This document shows, one piece after another, positions 22,641-34,120 of a DNA stretch of 64,000 nt; the stretch's first letter is position 1; each line of letters begins with the position of its first letter. Both the position numbers and the translations under genes were made by a program. The notes beneath the pieces are model-generated. The model searched no databases. It saw nothing but the letters and a program-made list of their open reading frames with translations, and was not told where the DNA came from. Source of the stretch: Oikopleura dioica (lineage: Eukaryota > Animalia > Chordata). The stretch covers positions 8,742,001 through 8,806,000 of the forward strand of contig OU015567.1 in NCBI GenBank assembly GCA_907165135.1, written 5' to 3'.

Positions 22641-24259
22641 TCAACCAACAGCGTCAGGTTCAACGCTCTCGTCAATTTGGAGCTCGTCTTCGGATGAGTC
22701 GTTCTCAGGTGGAGGCGGTTTTGGCAATCTGAAAGGGAAACATGAGAGTTAGTTTTTCGTAATTAGGAGTTACTCTTTCGCCGGGGGAGGAGTTTCTGGT
22801 GGTGCGGATTCTTCCGTTTTAGTCTCGCTTTTGGCGGGTATGCTTGTCTTTGACGGCTCTGGCTCTGTTTCAGTGGGTTGATTGTTGGCAGCTGAGTTCT
22901 GTGATTCGGGAGCTTTTGCAACTTCGTACTGCTGAAGAGCATTTTCAGATGAATCGGATGTCTTCTGCGATGGCGGATCCGGTTTCACAGGAGCCACCGG
23001 TGGAGCCGCTTGTTTGTTTGGAACTTTGACGTTAGTTTTAATTTTGACAGAGGCGCCAATCGGTAGCCCACGGATCGGCTTGAGACCTTGCGGCCTGGCT
23101 TGTGGATTCAAAGGAGTTCGGGGCGAAGGACTCTGCACCGCGCGGATAGGAGCTACTGCCCCTTCGGGTCGTCCTGGTCTGACTCCAGGCCCTTGCATTC
23201 CTGGCCTCGATTGAGGAGGCATGCTTGGTCTGCTTGATGGACCAGGCGCAGCGCCGGAAAAGTGCGGTCTCTGGGGACGCATTTGCATACGCTGCCCTGG
23301 CTGAACTGGTCGTGGACCTCTCTTCATGTCAGGTCTCATTGGACCCGCTCCTCTCATCGGCGCATGCGGATGTTGGTGTCTTGGTGAATTCGATGATCCT
23401 TGAGAGAGACCCGGTCGGCCGGCAGGGTTGAAACTCGGCCTCATTGGACGAGGTCCCCCTTGTGGCATCCCCGGTCGCACCATTTGATTTTGCATTCCAA
23501 CGGGTCGTGGGCCTGTTCCCATAATTGGCCTTGCTAGATGACCCGGTGAGGTGTTCGTCCCCGACTGGTTGACGATCGGACGACTGAGGGTAGGCGATGC
23601 TGGTGGTGGACGATTTCCGCCTTTTTTAATTTCAATAGGCTTTCCTAGTGGAATCCCGCGAATTGGCTGTTGTGTTTTCGGTGGCTGTGGTTGTTGACTA
23701 CTTGTGGGTGGAGCGTGATGGCTAGTGTGACTTGGGTGTGTAACTGAAGGCTGTGAAATGTTCTGAAATGAGGTGGTTATGGAAAAAAGAAAGGGAGATC
23801 GAACCTGGCTGGACATCCTGGGGAAGGCGACGAGCCAGGCTGGCTGGTTAGATTTGGAGTTACGTAACGTGGATGAGGTGGTTTTATTGGAGATGTCAGT
23901 GGAGGTTGACGGGCAATTTGAACGGGCGATTGCGAAGGAGAAGAAGTTGGAATCATTTGAGGAGGAACCTTTTTCGGAGTCGGGGGCGAGACAGGCACTG
24001 TGACTGAAAAGGGAAATTGATAAAATGTTCAATATTGGATTTTACCATTGCCATTCGTGGAATTATCTGGTTTTGGTTGTGGTTTTGCAGTTTGTAGATT
24101 TTCTAAAAAAATTTTTATTAAGAAACGAACGGACTCGTTACCTTTTTGTGATATATCTTTAGCAGGATCGGACTCGCTCTTTGTTTCGAGCTCTGATTTT
24201 TGTTTGCTTCTTTGCAAATGCTCCTTGACTTCTTTAGTCGTTTCTAGTTGTTTTGACAT
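22641..24259 (-). CDS. long Pro/Gln/Arg/Met-rich low-complexity protein region; either a C-terminal extension of RYBP/YAF2 or a separate gene
   Basis: 420-codon open frame 22770-24032 plus terminal exon ELPKPPPPENDSSEDELQIDESVEPDAVG-stop. Confidence 0.6.
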
Positions 24260-24260
24260 T

Positions 24261-26198
24261 TCAGTGGAAATTTTTGGTGGATTCTTTGGATCAGTGTTCT
24301 TGAATGCGTTTTTGAACTTTTCTTCAAGGCTAGAAGAACCGATTAAATCAAGGAAGAGAAAAAGAGCTACGGGTACCTTGGCGGTTTATTTTGCTTCTGG
24401 TGTAATTTTGAACTTAATTTTTGAATTTTAGCGTTGACAGAGGCGATTTGCTTTGCATCTACTTCAGCCGGAGCTGCCTCGTCCTCAAGATTGGCCTGTT
24501 GGTCAGAGGATCTGGACGGGCCGGGCTCGTCTTCTCCTCTTTCACTTTTAACATCTTTTTGCGACGCTACACCGTTCGAATTCTCACTCGATTTCGACGA
24601 GTTTTCATGAGCTATATTTTCGCTTTCTCCATTTTCAGTTTTGACAGTGACTAAGAGGATATTTTAATCAACTTGCACAGAGTTTGAGAGTTTATTCAAA
24701 ACCTTTTTCTGCACTTTCAGGACTAGGCACTTTTGTTTTATATTCAGTCACTACAAATGACGTGCCGCCGTAAGTTACAGTAAAATCAACGCCGGAAGAT
24801 CTGTCGATGTTTTCGTGCTTCCCGAGAAGAGCCAATTTTGAATGAATTTTTCGCGCCAACATCTTAATTTTTTATGACTACAGACGTGGAATAAAGGAGG
24901 ACGTACTTTTTGCATCGCATTTTCTTGTCGTTTTGGCGTTTTAGATCGTTTTTTCGCTGGCTGCGAACTAGAAGTATTCGGACTTTCGGGAATATCTCCT
25001 TCACTTTCGGACGACTCTTGCCTAGGTCTTCCTCTAGGCCTCTTTGCGGGCTAAAAATATCACAATAATGGCTTGAGGAGATAATAACTCACAGTTTTCC
25101 TGACAATCTGCTCTTCTTCGGAGGATTCTTCCTCCTTTTTCTTTCGCCCGCGTTTTCGCTTTTCATTTTTCGGCTTTCTTTTCGGCCCTCTCGATTTAGA
25201 TTCTACTTCGACGGATTCCTCGCTTTCAGATGGTTTTCTTGAGTACTGTCTTCTACCAGAAAGCCTACTCGCAGGCCTGATAGTTAGATGAATCCGTCGA
25301 AATCGAATGGAAGACTCACCTTGTATCACTAGCAATCGAGGACTGTTCCGATATCGATTCGTCATCATCTTCAGATAAATTTCCATTGACATGTGAGCCA
25401 CTGGCACCATTACTGTCCACCATGCTTTTGCGTCGTACCTCCTTATTGACGGATTTAACCCGGATATTCAAAATAATCAAAACAATTTTCTTTTTCTTTC
25501 CAGAAAAAATTAGTTAAATTTTTGTACTGTAGGTTATCTAGAAGGATGATCCTAATTTGGATAACCCACAGTAACATGTTACTTTGTGAGATAAAATAAT
25601 GATCGACAAAACATATTTTTTCATGCATGTGGAGGTATGGGATAATCAGTAACATGCAACGTACACCAAACTCATTTTTCGTTCGTAAAATCAACAAAGA
25701 AAAAATCGAAAGGCAAAATCAGGCTGGTGATCAAAATAAATGGTCAGTAACACTACTGGCTAATCTAACACTAATATCAATCAAGAAGTAGTAGCGTGTA
25801 AATGTAAATGTGTGATGTGTTGGTGAAGCGCGCTGTTACCTCCATCCCACCTCTGGGTTTCAACCCTGCCTCTATGGTGGATGTCGAGCCATCACCGTAC
25901 TGAGCAAAAAGCTGTGTCTGCTGTTGCTTCTGGATGATTTGCTCGGCTATGCGGCCGCCTTTGCGTGTTGATGATCCTCGCGGTGCCTCGCAGATCTTAA
26001 TAATTCCTAATTAAAAAACCGAAAGTTCAGTTCTCTTCTATGTCTTCAAAATTACACAAAAGTATCTCACGGTTATATTCTCACCTGGCATTTGTACGCT
26101 CCAACTTTATTCTGGTACGTGCAAACTGTGCATGACCACTGGTCTTCATCGAAATCTATCTGTTGTTTTTTCCTTACTTTGCCGCCAAGGCGCGGCAT
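24261..26198 (-). CDS. RYBP: RYBP/YAF2 family Polycomb PRC1 subunit
   Basis: RanBP2 zinc finger WSCTVCTYQNKVGAYKCQICEAPRGSSTRK; C-terminal RING1-binding motif NIDRSSGVDFTVTYGGTSFVVTEYKTK. Confidence 0.85.
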
Positions 26199-26431
26199 CT
26201 GAAAAAAAATGATTATAAAACAGAAGGATCCTCAAAGATCGAGATCTGAAGAAATAGCGATGGAAACAAATCTGTGGCAGTTTCTAGTGAAGCAGTAAAA
26301 ACGTTTGAACTTATTTGGCTGGATTCTTGTATAGAGCTGGCTTCTTTATCCTCCCTCCTGATTGATCAACTCCCCGGCTATGTAATTGCGTCCTAGATTA
26401 GTCAAAATATTATAAATGGATTGAATTTCTA

Positions 26432-28994
26432 TTACTTTTGGATAAAGAACGGCGCCAGGCAAGATTTAGCCACTTTGCTTCGTAAAATAATATGTCTGCT
26501 TGCATTTATAAACTCATCCTGTGCCTCTATCGTACTTTTGAGGGCAGATTCCTTCATATCTCGTGGTTCTTGAATTATTAATCCCCCGGCATAGTCTACT
26601 CTCGCTTCGATTCGCCCTAAATGCAAATAAGTATTAATCAAAAAAGGATTTTTACCAGACATAATCAGTTGTATCACTTCATCGATCAAAACATCTTCGT
26701 CGCAGTCGAAAAAGTTCGACATTTTTGAGATGATCGCGCTTTGATAGGGCTAAAAGTCAACTTCAAATTTGGCATATTAGAAACATAACTTTTTATTTTA
26801 AAAAAGAAACTTAATAAGACCGGAAATAGCAAACAATCTTTGATCTTGGATATCAATTAATTGAAATTTGAAAGATTTCACTGACCAAAGACACTGTTTT
26901 TTTTATGTTTCCGACAACTGGGGAGTCTATGTTCTCCGACCAGAGAAGTCGCAGAGAGTCCCCCAGGGTACCAAAATGTAGCTAAGGGTCTGATCTGTGG
27001 CGTAGGGACACTGAGCAAATGTCAATGTCACGTGATCTTTGACAAATGACGTCATCAACCCGAATATACCCGATTTCGCCAATTTTAACCTCATATTGGG
27101 AGTCTATGTTCTCGGAGTACAATCATCGTACAGCGTCTCCAAGGGGCTCAAATGAGAGCTAAAGCTCTATTCTGTGGCGTAGGGGGGTTAAGATAATCTC
27201 AAGATATACTCATCCCTTTTTTATGGAGGGTCGAAAATGGCGTCGGAAACATAAAAAAAACAGTGTCAAAGAGTAACTACGATTGGTTTGGTCCGGCTGT
27301 AAGGAAGGATATATAAATAAAATGTATAGGATTAGTTTCAAATTTATAAAATGAAACAATTACTGCCAGGAAAATTTAGCTTGACCTAAAGTTAGAATAA
27401 AATCGTTACCTTTAAATAGTGAATCAAGCATTTCGTTCGAATCTCGCTGTAGAGATATTCCACGTGTGGCGACATAAAGTAATCGAGCCTCAAAATGTTG
27501 CGCTGTAACTCGAGATACTTGAGCGCATCGGAGTATTTGGACTCGACAAAGGCTATAAATACAATTTTCAAGTAACAGTAGTATCTTTTTAATAAAGATA
27601 TTGACGATTTTAAAATGTTCCTTTTACGACTGAGTGCGTCGAGGAAAGTCTTCTTACCGATAATTGCTTCACGCATGTTAGGCTCGAGTTCGAGGAAAAG
27701 TTTGAAAGAAGCTCCGTTGATCACAGTTTCTTTGAGCTCTTTTCTTGTCTTCAAAGCAAGATTCAACAACGCACCATACATTCCGAGGTCTTTTGGCGAA
27801 ATCAATTCCCTAGAAGAACAATTTCTTTCTTGAGAGCGATTTTCTTAAGACTTACGGATAGTGGAAGGACTCAAAGTCGACCAACAAAAACTGATTACTC
27901 GCTGCGAGGTAATTCTTTCGCTGAAGCTCTCCGAGAGCATTCGCGACGATCATTTTTCCCTTTGCCGCTGTGTCCTGGCATTCTTTTGCTTTTTGCGACT
28001 TGAGTTTTTCAGAATAGCTCGCGACATGGGCGTAGTTTCCCAACAAAACTAAATAAAGACAGGTAAAAGTTGAAAGAAATATGTAAATTCAAGTCTTACC
28101 AGATGTAGTGATGACGTTGAGACACATGTTGCGAATGTGCGTCGGCTGGAGACAGTAGTCCCTCGATTGGTAATAACATTTCAGCGCGCCGGTCAAATCG
28201 CCTGCTTTAATTTTATGTTCAGCGAGTTCTTCGTAGCCTCGTTTTATCGATTCCTTGAAAATTAATGCGCTCGTTTTTATTTTATTTCAGGCAATTTCGT
28301 ACCTTGATAGCGCTATTTTTATATTGTTTAATATCATTCTCCAGTCGGTCCGTGATCGTCGCGACTTGACTCGTTACAGTAGCAATCCAGCCTTCGCTAA
28401 AGCCATGATCGCGCTCTGGAAATCTCTTTCGCAGAATCGCGTGGAGCTGTCTGTACATTTCGACGTTGTAGGTCGACTTGACCGTTTTCAAGGCGACTTG
28501 GGTTGTTTCGTAAACTGATTCTGCCGAGTGATCGATGATGAATTTCAGGCGGCGCAAAAGTATAGTGCCACGGTAGATGGACGGGTACGCATCAATGTCA
28601 ATTGTGGACGCGCCAGTGATCAAAAATTGAGTTACATCCTCCTCAGAGTCTGACTCCATTCCCTCCTGCTCCTAATTTGATCAATTAGCATACTGTTAGT
28701 TCAGACTTATTGTAGACGAGATTTTGTGTAATTAAAATATGGTTTTTTGATTGGTTCTACTGCAATTTCGATCATTTTGATTGGTGAAAATAAAGAAAAA
28801 ACCCGTAGATAAGTTAAAGAATCAGTAAAATATCGTACCATTTCTGTTGATTCTGAAGTTGCCCCTGATCCTACAGTTTCAGAAGAAGAATTTGATTCTA
28901 GCGGCGTGGGAATCACCGTATTGCTTTCACTAAATCGAACAGATCTTAGTGGTTCCTGAGGCATCAGATCTGGTAGGACTTCCATATCGCCCAT
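26432..28994 (-). CDS. GPS1: COP9 signalosome subunit 1
   Basis: IDAYPSIYRG...LKFIIDH, QKLENDIKQYKNSAIK-type segment, KDLGMYGALLNLAL, FKLFLELEP, PCI end IQLIMSG-RIEARVD; ORF 28707-28994 supplies a phase-0 first exon (donor at 28838). Confidence 0.9.
26891..27266 (+). mobile_element. 376-bp non-autonomous TIR element, copy 1, inside the CSN1 intron 26750-27409
   Basis: Perfect 25-bp TIR ACACTG-T8-ATGTTTCCGAC; CAAAG duplicated at 26886-26890 and 27267-27271; internal ~87-bp repeat at 177-bp spacing. Confidence 0.9.
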
Positions 28995-30654
28995 TTTTAC
29001 AATTTAATGACTTTTTCTGAAGTTTTTTATTTTGAAAGAGATTTTTTTTTGACAGAATATGTCTTAATCGTAATGAGTATAACGTAAATCAGAAGGAAAA
29101 AAGAGAAAGAGAGAAAATCGAATAGAAAGAGTAAAAGATATAAAAGATCAATAAAAGGTTGGTATAAATAAGCGAACAGCGAGACAGCTCAATTTCGAGT
29201 CCTACGAACAACTGTACTAGTAAATAATTTTCATAAATTAAATTTTCTGCTTTCAGGAGAAATTTTATTAAAAAAAAAAGCTTTTGTCCTCATCTATATT
29301 TTTTTAAGTTTTAAAAATCAATTTTAGTAAAAAGCATGTATGTACTGCCTGAGAAAAAATATAAATAAATATATTCATAAAGAAAAAGCAATATTGATAG
29401 TGGATCTAAAATTGATAAAATTGTTCAGGGACGAGAGTTGCAAAGAAAAAAAGGGCTAGCATTTTTCATGTTTCTTTAGTTTTATTTTATTTCCAATGGC
29501 GGCAGTAATGCTTAAAGTTTTCAAACGGGAGGGTTCTTTGTTTTTACAAAAGGGTGGTTCTTTACAATTTTATTTCCACAGCTTCAAAAGCATTTTATAA
29601 GGAAGAATAACGCCTACTTTCGAATAAGCTCAAACAGATGTACATGATAATAATAAGTTTTTTTAGGGGAAGAGATACGTACTCATACAGGCTCTCGAAA
29701 ACTTAAACTCAGGCCAGCTTAGGGAGGAGGTCAGTCATTTTCGAGGTTGTTTTCTATTTTATCTAAGATAAATACGGTTTTTGAAACTAAAACAGGCCTG
29801 TTTGTGGCTTCGAATTGGGAAATTTGGTCCCAAACTTTGTTTCCATTTTCATACTTTTTTCTACTAGCTACAATTGTGAATACAGTATGAATGAGCAGGA
29901 CGAAAAAATAAGAGTACAATCGAGTACATAAATAGGAGAGGGGCGAGCTATATTGATATAATAAATGATAAAGAAAAATAATCTTGCCAGAGGCTGCATT
30001 TGTCCATTTATACATGTTTACATTTTACATGCTTACATAACGACAGCAAAAGATACAATTTTGAAGGCAATTCCACGACAATGGAATCACAATCAGCAAG
30101 TCAGTAAGATTTAGATTCAGATAGTATTGAACACGGAAAATTGCAGAGAAGTTGGTTACTTTTTACTTTGATTCGTAGATATTATCTATCAATAAAAATG
30201 TTATTTGCAAAGAATAATGATAAATGAGAGAGGATCATGATAATGATGATGATAAGAAAAGTCAGTTTTTCGTTTGTGGAAGAGAAGCGAAGGTGCTTCT
30301 AATTCAAGAAGAGTAGAGTTTTTAATTGTTCAAAACACCAATTTTAATAGATACTACTGTTAATCAAGGATGTTAAAAAAACAACGAAATAAAGAATATA
30401 AATGAATGATTAAAAACATCTACGGACAGTATATTTTGAGGAGGTTCAAAAGGGGATCAGAGATCAGCTCTAGAAGAGGAGGGAGGAGGAGATAAATATA
30501 TAATTTACAAGAAACGAATCTACAATTTTTTCGAATATTATAATTACTAAGATGATTATTATAATAATTCCAAAACGGGCCGGGCGCTGAGGATATGTGC
30601 AGGGTCAACTATTTCGGAGCTAGTTTTTTGGAAAGAGAGATAACTTTCAAAAGT

Positions 30655-33600
30655 TCACGAAGTGGGACGGATCTCGCCGTTCTGCGAGTGTAGAATAATT
30701 TTCTCGAGCTTCGACAGGATGTGCTTGCCGTACGTGAACCTCTTCAAATTGGACACATGGGGCTTCATCTTTTGCACCATTTTCTGGCGCTGGGCGGCAT
30801 CGCCCATGTCCAGCATTTTCTGGACGACGTAATTCGCGAATTGATCCTAAATTGGCAAGTGAGCTACAACAGTGTGAAATTTAGCGCCTGAGGGCAACTT
30901 CGCGGGCGCTTTCTACTACGACTCTGTTAACTCGTTGGCAACAAGCCCACCTGTTTTGTTATTTTTGTATATTCATTTCAATATGTTATCTTATTTTCAT
31001 ACCTTCATCATGATAAAGAGACTGTCAGGATTCTGACAGACCTCTTCGATCAACGCTGCTCGTTCAGTTCTATTCGACGTGGTCACACATTTCTCAATGA
31101 CATTTGAAGCGAACTTGTGCTGAGAAAGGGTGACGATGCGGCCCATGACGGCGCGCAGGATCATCTGCCTGTCTTCCATTTTGCCGCGGTTCAGGATGTG
31201 CTGGATCACATAGTTTCCGTACTGATCTTGGATCAACATTTCGTGGTTTTTGTGGATTTCCTGAAATGTTTTTCATTATTTTCTTCATCAAAAATGTACA
31301 AGAGATCCCTCTGCGGAATCCCAAAATATGACACTTACCTCCATAATGGGCTTGTACTGTTCCTCCGTACAATGCTCGAGTATTCTCTGCACAACTCTGC
31401 AGCCATAAGCATGCGTAGAAAGACCAACCACTTGGCCATTGAAAGCAGAGATGATAAACTCTAAGTTGTCAGCAGGAAGACATTCAATTACTTTTTGAAT
31501 CACGTGATTTCCATTTTGGTCCTTGACACAGCGCAGTATCGAGTTTTGCAACTCGTTTACGATGATCATTTGTTGTTCCTAAGACAAGCGTTTTCGACCG
31601 TATTTAGCTTGTTTTCTTTACCTGGTTGAGAGATTCTAGCGCTTTCTGAATCACTCTGCATCCGTACATCTGAAGCGATAACTGCAGAACTTTTCCCTTG
31701 ATATTATCGACAATTTGTTGCTTTTGCTCGGCGGTGCCGAATTCCAGGAACTTCTGGATCACGTAATTTCCAAAAACGTCAATGATCAACTGGTACGAGT
31801 GGGAAATGATTTCGTTGAAGACTAATTGCCTGTCGGACGGATTGCAACGCTCGAGTTTTTGTTGAATAAAGCGAGATCCATGCTGGTCTTGGCTGAAAAG
31901 AAAAGATTATGGGACGGTGATAGGGTTTTTCTCACCTAAATTCGACCATATGGTTGAGCAAGTCGCGCAGCTGCGGATTGGTAAGTCGGTTGTTTCGGAA
32001 ATCTTCCAAAAGCCTTGATCTACCAGAAAGTCCATCGAAAGAGCCCATAGATCGGGTAGCTGGGAAGCCGAGGGAATTCGAGCTGTATCGGCCAGAATCG
32101 CCATGTGCCAAACCCAGGCCGAAGGTATTCACGCCAATTGGTGGCGGTGGAGTAACAAGATCTAAAAGAAATGTAGACAGAAGTTATTTTCATTCTGTAT
32201 GGCTTACCTGGCCCAGGGCTTGTGATTCCATTGTACATGACCCCAGAGTTCGATCGCATGTGCAAATTATACTGTCCCATTCTTGGATCAGAATCCCTCC
32301 TCGGTACGTGATGCGGCGACTGCAAATTCGGCGACGTCGGATTACCTTCGTTCCCCAAGCCAAAGCCGGGTGTCAACCATGGGCTCAGAATATTTCCCGT
32401 GCCTAATGAGTTCTGCGACTAGATTTTTGTTTCAAAAGCTATTAGGCTCAATGAGATACATACGGGAATGAGCCGAAGTCGGGGGTCGATTTGAGGAGCA
32501 TTCAGATTCTGATTCAGGCCGTAGAGACTTTGTTGATTTTGCAACTGCGAAGCGAGATTCAGCGGATTTGAGAGAGCACCGAGGTTGGTTTGATTGAAAC
32601 CGGGCACGGACTGCATTGACAGGTTTTTTTTTATATTGCACAAGCAATTTTCGGGTCTCTCTAGAAAAGGGATGAGCAAGTCACATGACTTTGAAACTCA
32701 TTCAAACAATAGTTTGGAACCCTAGCTACATTTTGCGCCATTTGGGGAACCTCCACGATATCTATGTTCGGAGTTATTAGACTCCCAAAATTGAGCCGAT
32801 ATTGGAAAAATCGGCGAGTTCGGCGTCGATGACGTAATTTTTCATAGATCACGTGATCGAAAATTTCCCATATTACTTCAAACAATAGGTCAGACCATGA
32901 GCTACATTTTGAGCATTTTTGGGGCATTCTACGATATCCCTATTCGGAGTTATTAGACTCCCAAGCTTTGTGCAATATAAAAAAAAACCTGTCATTGGAT
33001 TTGGCATGCCAGGCATTGAGGGGCCCATAGACGATGGGGGAAATTGCTGATTGTACAAAGACATGTTTAGCATGTTGTTTTGCTGGGAAAGCGCTGCTGT
33101 TTGAAGCTTAGACAGATGTAAAGATAGAAAAACTGGACTTTAAGCACCTGTAAAAGCTGTAGCTGCTGAATTTGTTGGTAATCTTGAAGCATTGGTGGAG
33201 CACCAGGATTCTGGCCTACAAGGGGATTAGGGAGCTGAACTCCAATATTGGGGTCTTTCACGAGACCTGGCGCTTCAGGTGGCTTAAGTCCTCCATCCGC
33301 CCATAAGTCCGCTTTATCCATCCCATTCAGAGCCCATGTCTTGTTGACGGCATCGCCGCTGTTGTTCGGATTGTGCTCGTTCGCCCAGGCCGTGGAGGGA
33401 ATCTGCCCCGTTTGAGCCCCGAGACTTTGGGGCATCTGCTGCGGCGGGGGCCAGTTGCCTGGAGAAGGAACGGGCTGCTCAAATCGGCCACCAGATGAGT
33501 CAAATTGACTTGAAGGCATCGTTCCATCGTTGGCCGACCAAATTCCTTGGTAATCATTAGGCTTGGGGTTTCTTATTATTGAAGTCTTACCTTCACTAAC

Positions 33601-33867
33601 TTCCCGATCCATACTTATATTCTGCATTCCCTTGGCGAGTCCATCGATTGAAATTGACGGAACGATCAAATCGGGATTCGTTGTCGTCGTTGCCACTCCT
33701 GTGGGCATTGACGCCGTCGACTGAAGCCCTAGAATCGCAATAAAAAAACAATTTTTTATAATTTTTGTACCTGTGCCCTGGGTGAACGCATCAGGACTCC
33801 CCTGCTCGTTGCCGTCGTTTCCGACGGCACTCCAAGAAGGATGTGTCGCCGACACGGAAGACTGCAT
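30655..33867 (-). CDS. PUM: Pumilio (PUF family RNA-binding protein)
   Basis: Eight PUF repeats ([80 protein letters not shown]); terminal [14 protein letters not shown]. Confidence 0.96.
32619..32992 (-). mobile_element. 374-bp non-autonomous TIR element, copy 2 (same family as 26891-27266), inserted in a Pumilio coding exon
   Basis: Perfect 25-bp TIR ACAGG-T9-ATATTGCACAA; CATTG duplicated at 32614-32618 and 32993-32997; same internal GGGAGTCTA repeats at 177-bp spacing and same CACGTGATC..ACGTCATC spacer. Confidence 0.9.
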
Positions 33868-34120
33868 CTGACTCACTTATCCGACACTTTTTGAGCTTTC
33901 TGAATTCATGAATCCATCATAAAAACAAGAAATTTTCTTTTCACCAATTAAAAAAAATAAAAGTTTGTGAGGAATAGAAAAATAGATCAGTATCAAGAAG
34001 TGCAGTAGGTCAGTATAAAAATAAAATAAAAAAAATAATTTGAGGTGGGTTTTGAAAGTTGAAAATTTTGATTGGAAGGAAAACGGAACTTTTCAGAGAA
34101 GGGCAGAATTTTTTGAATTT

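Noticed and set aside
26891-26915. CACTG/CAGTG ends suggesting Transib/RSS or CACTA
   Set aside because: No duplication is found when the ends are set at CAC, there is no nonamer, and the sibling copy begins ACAGG
32661-33073. ORFs with the repeated peptide GSLITPN.DIVE
   Set aside because: The peptide is the translated internal duplication of the MITE, not a protein
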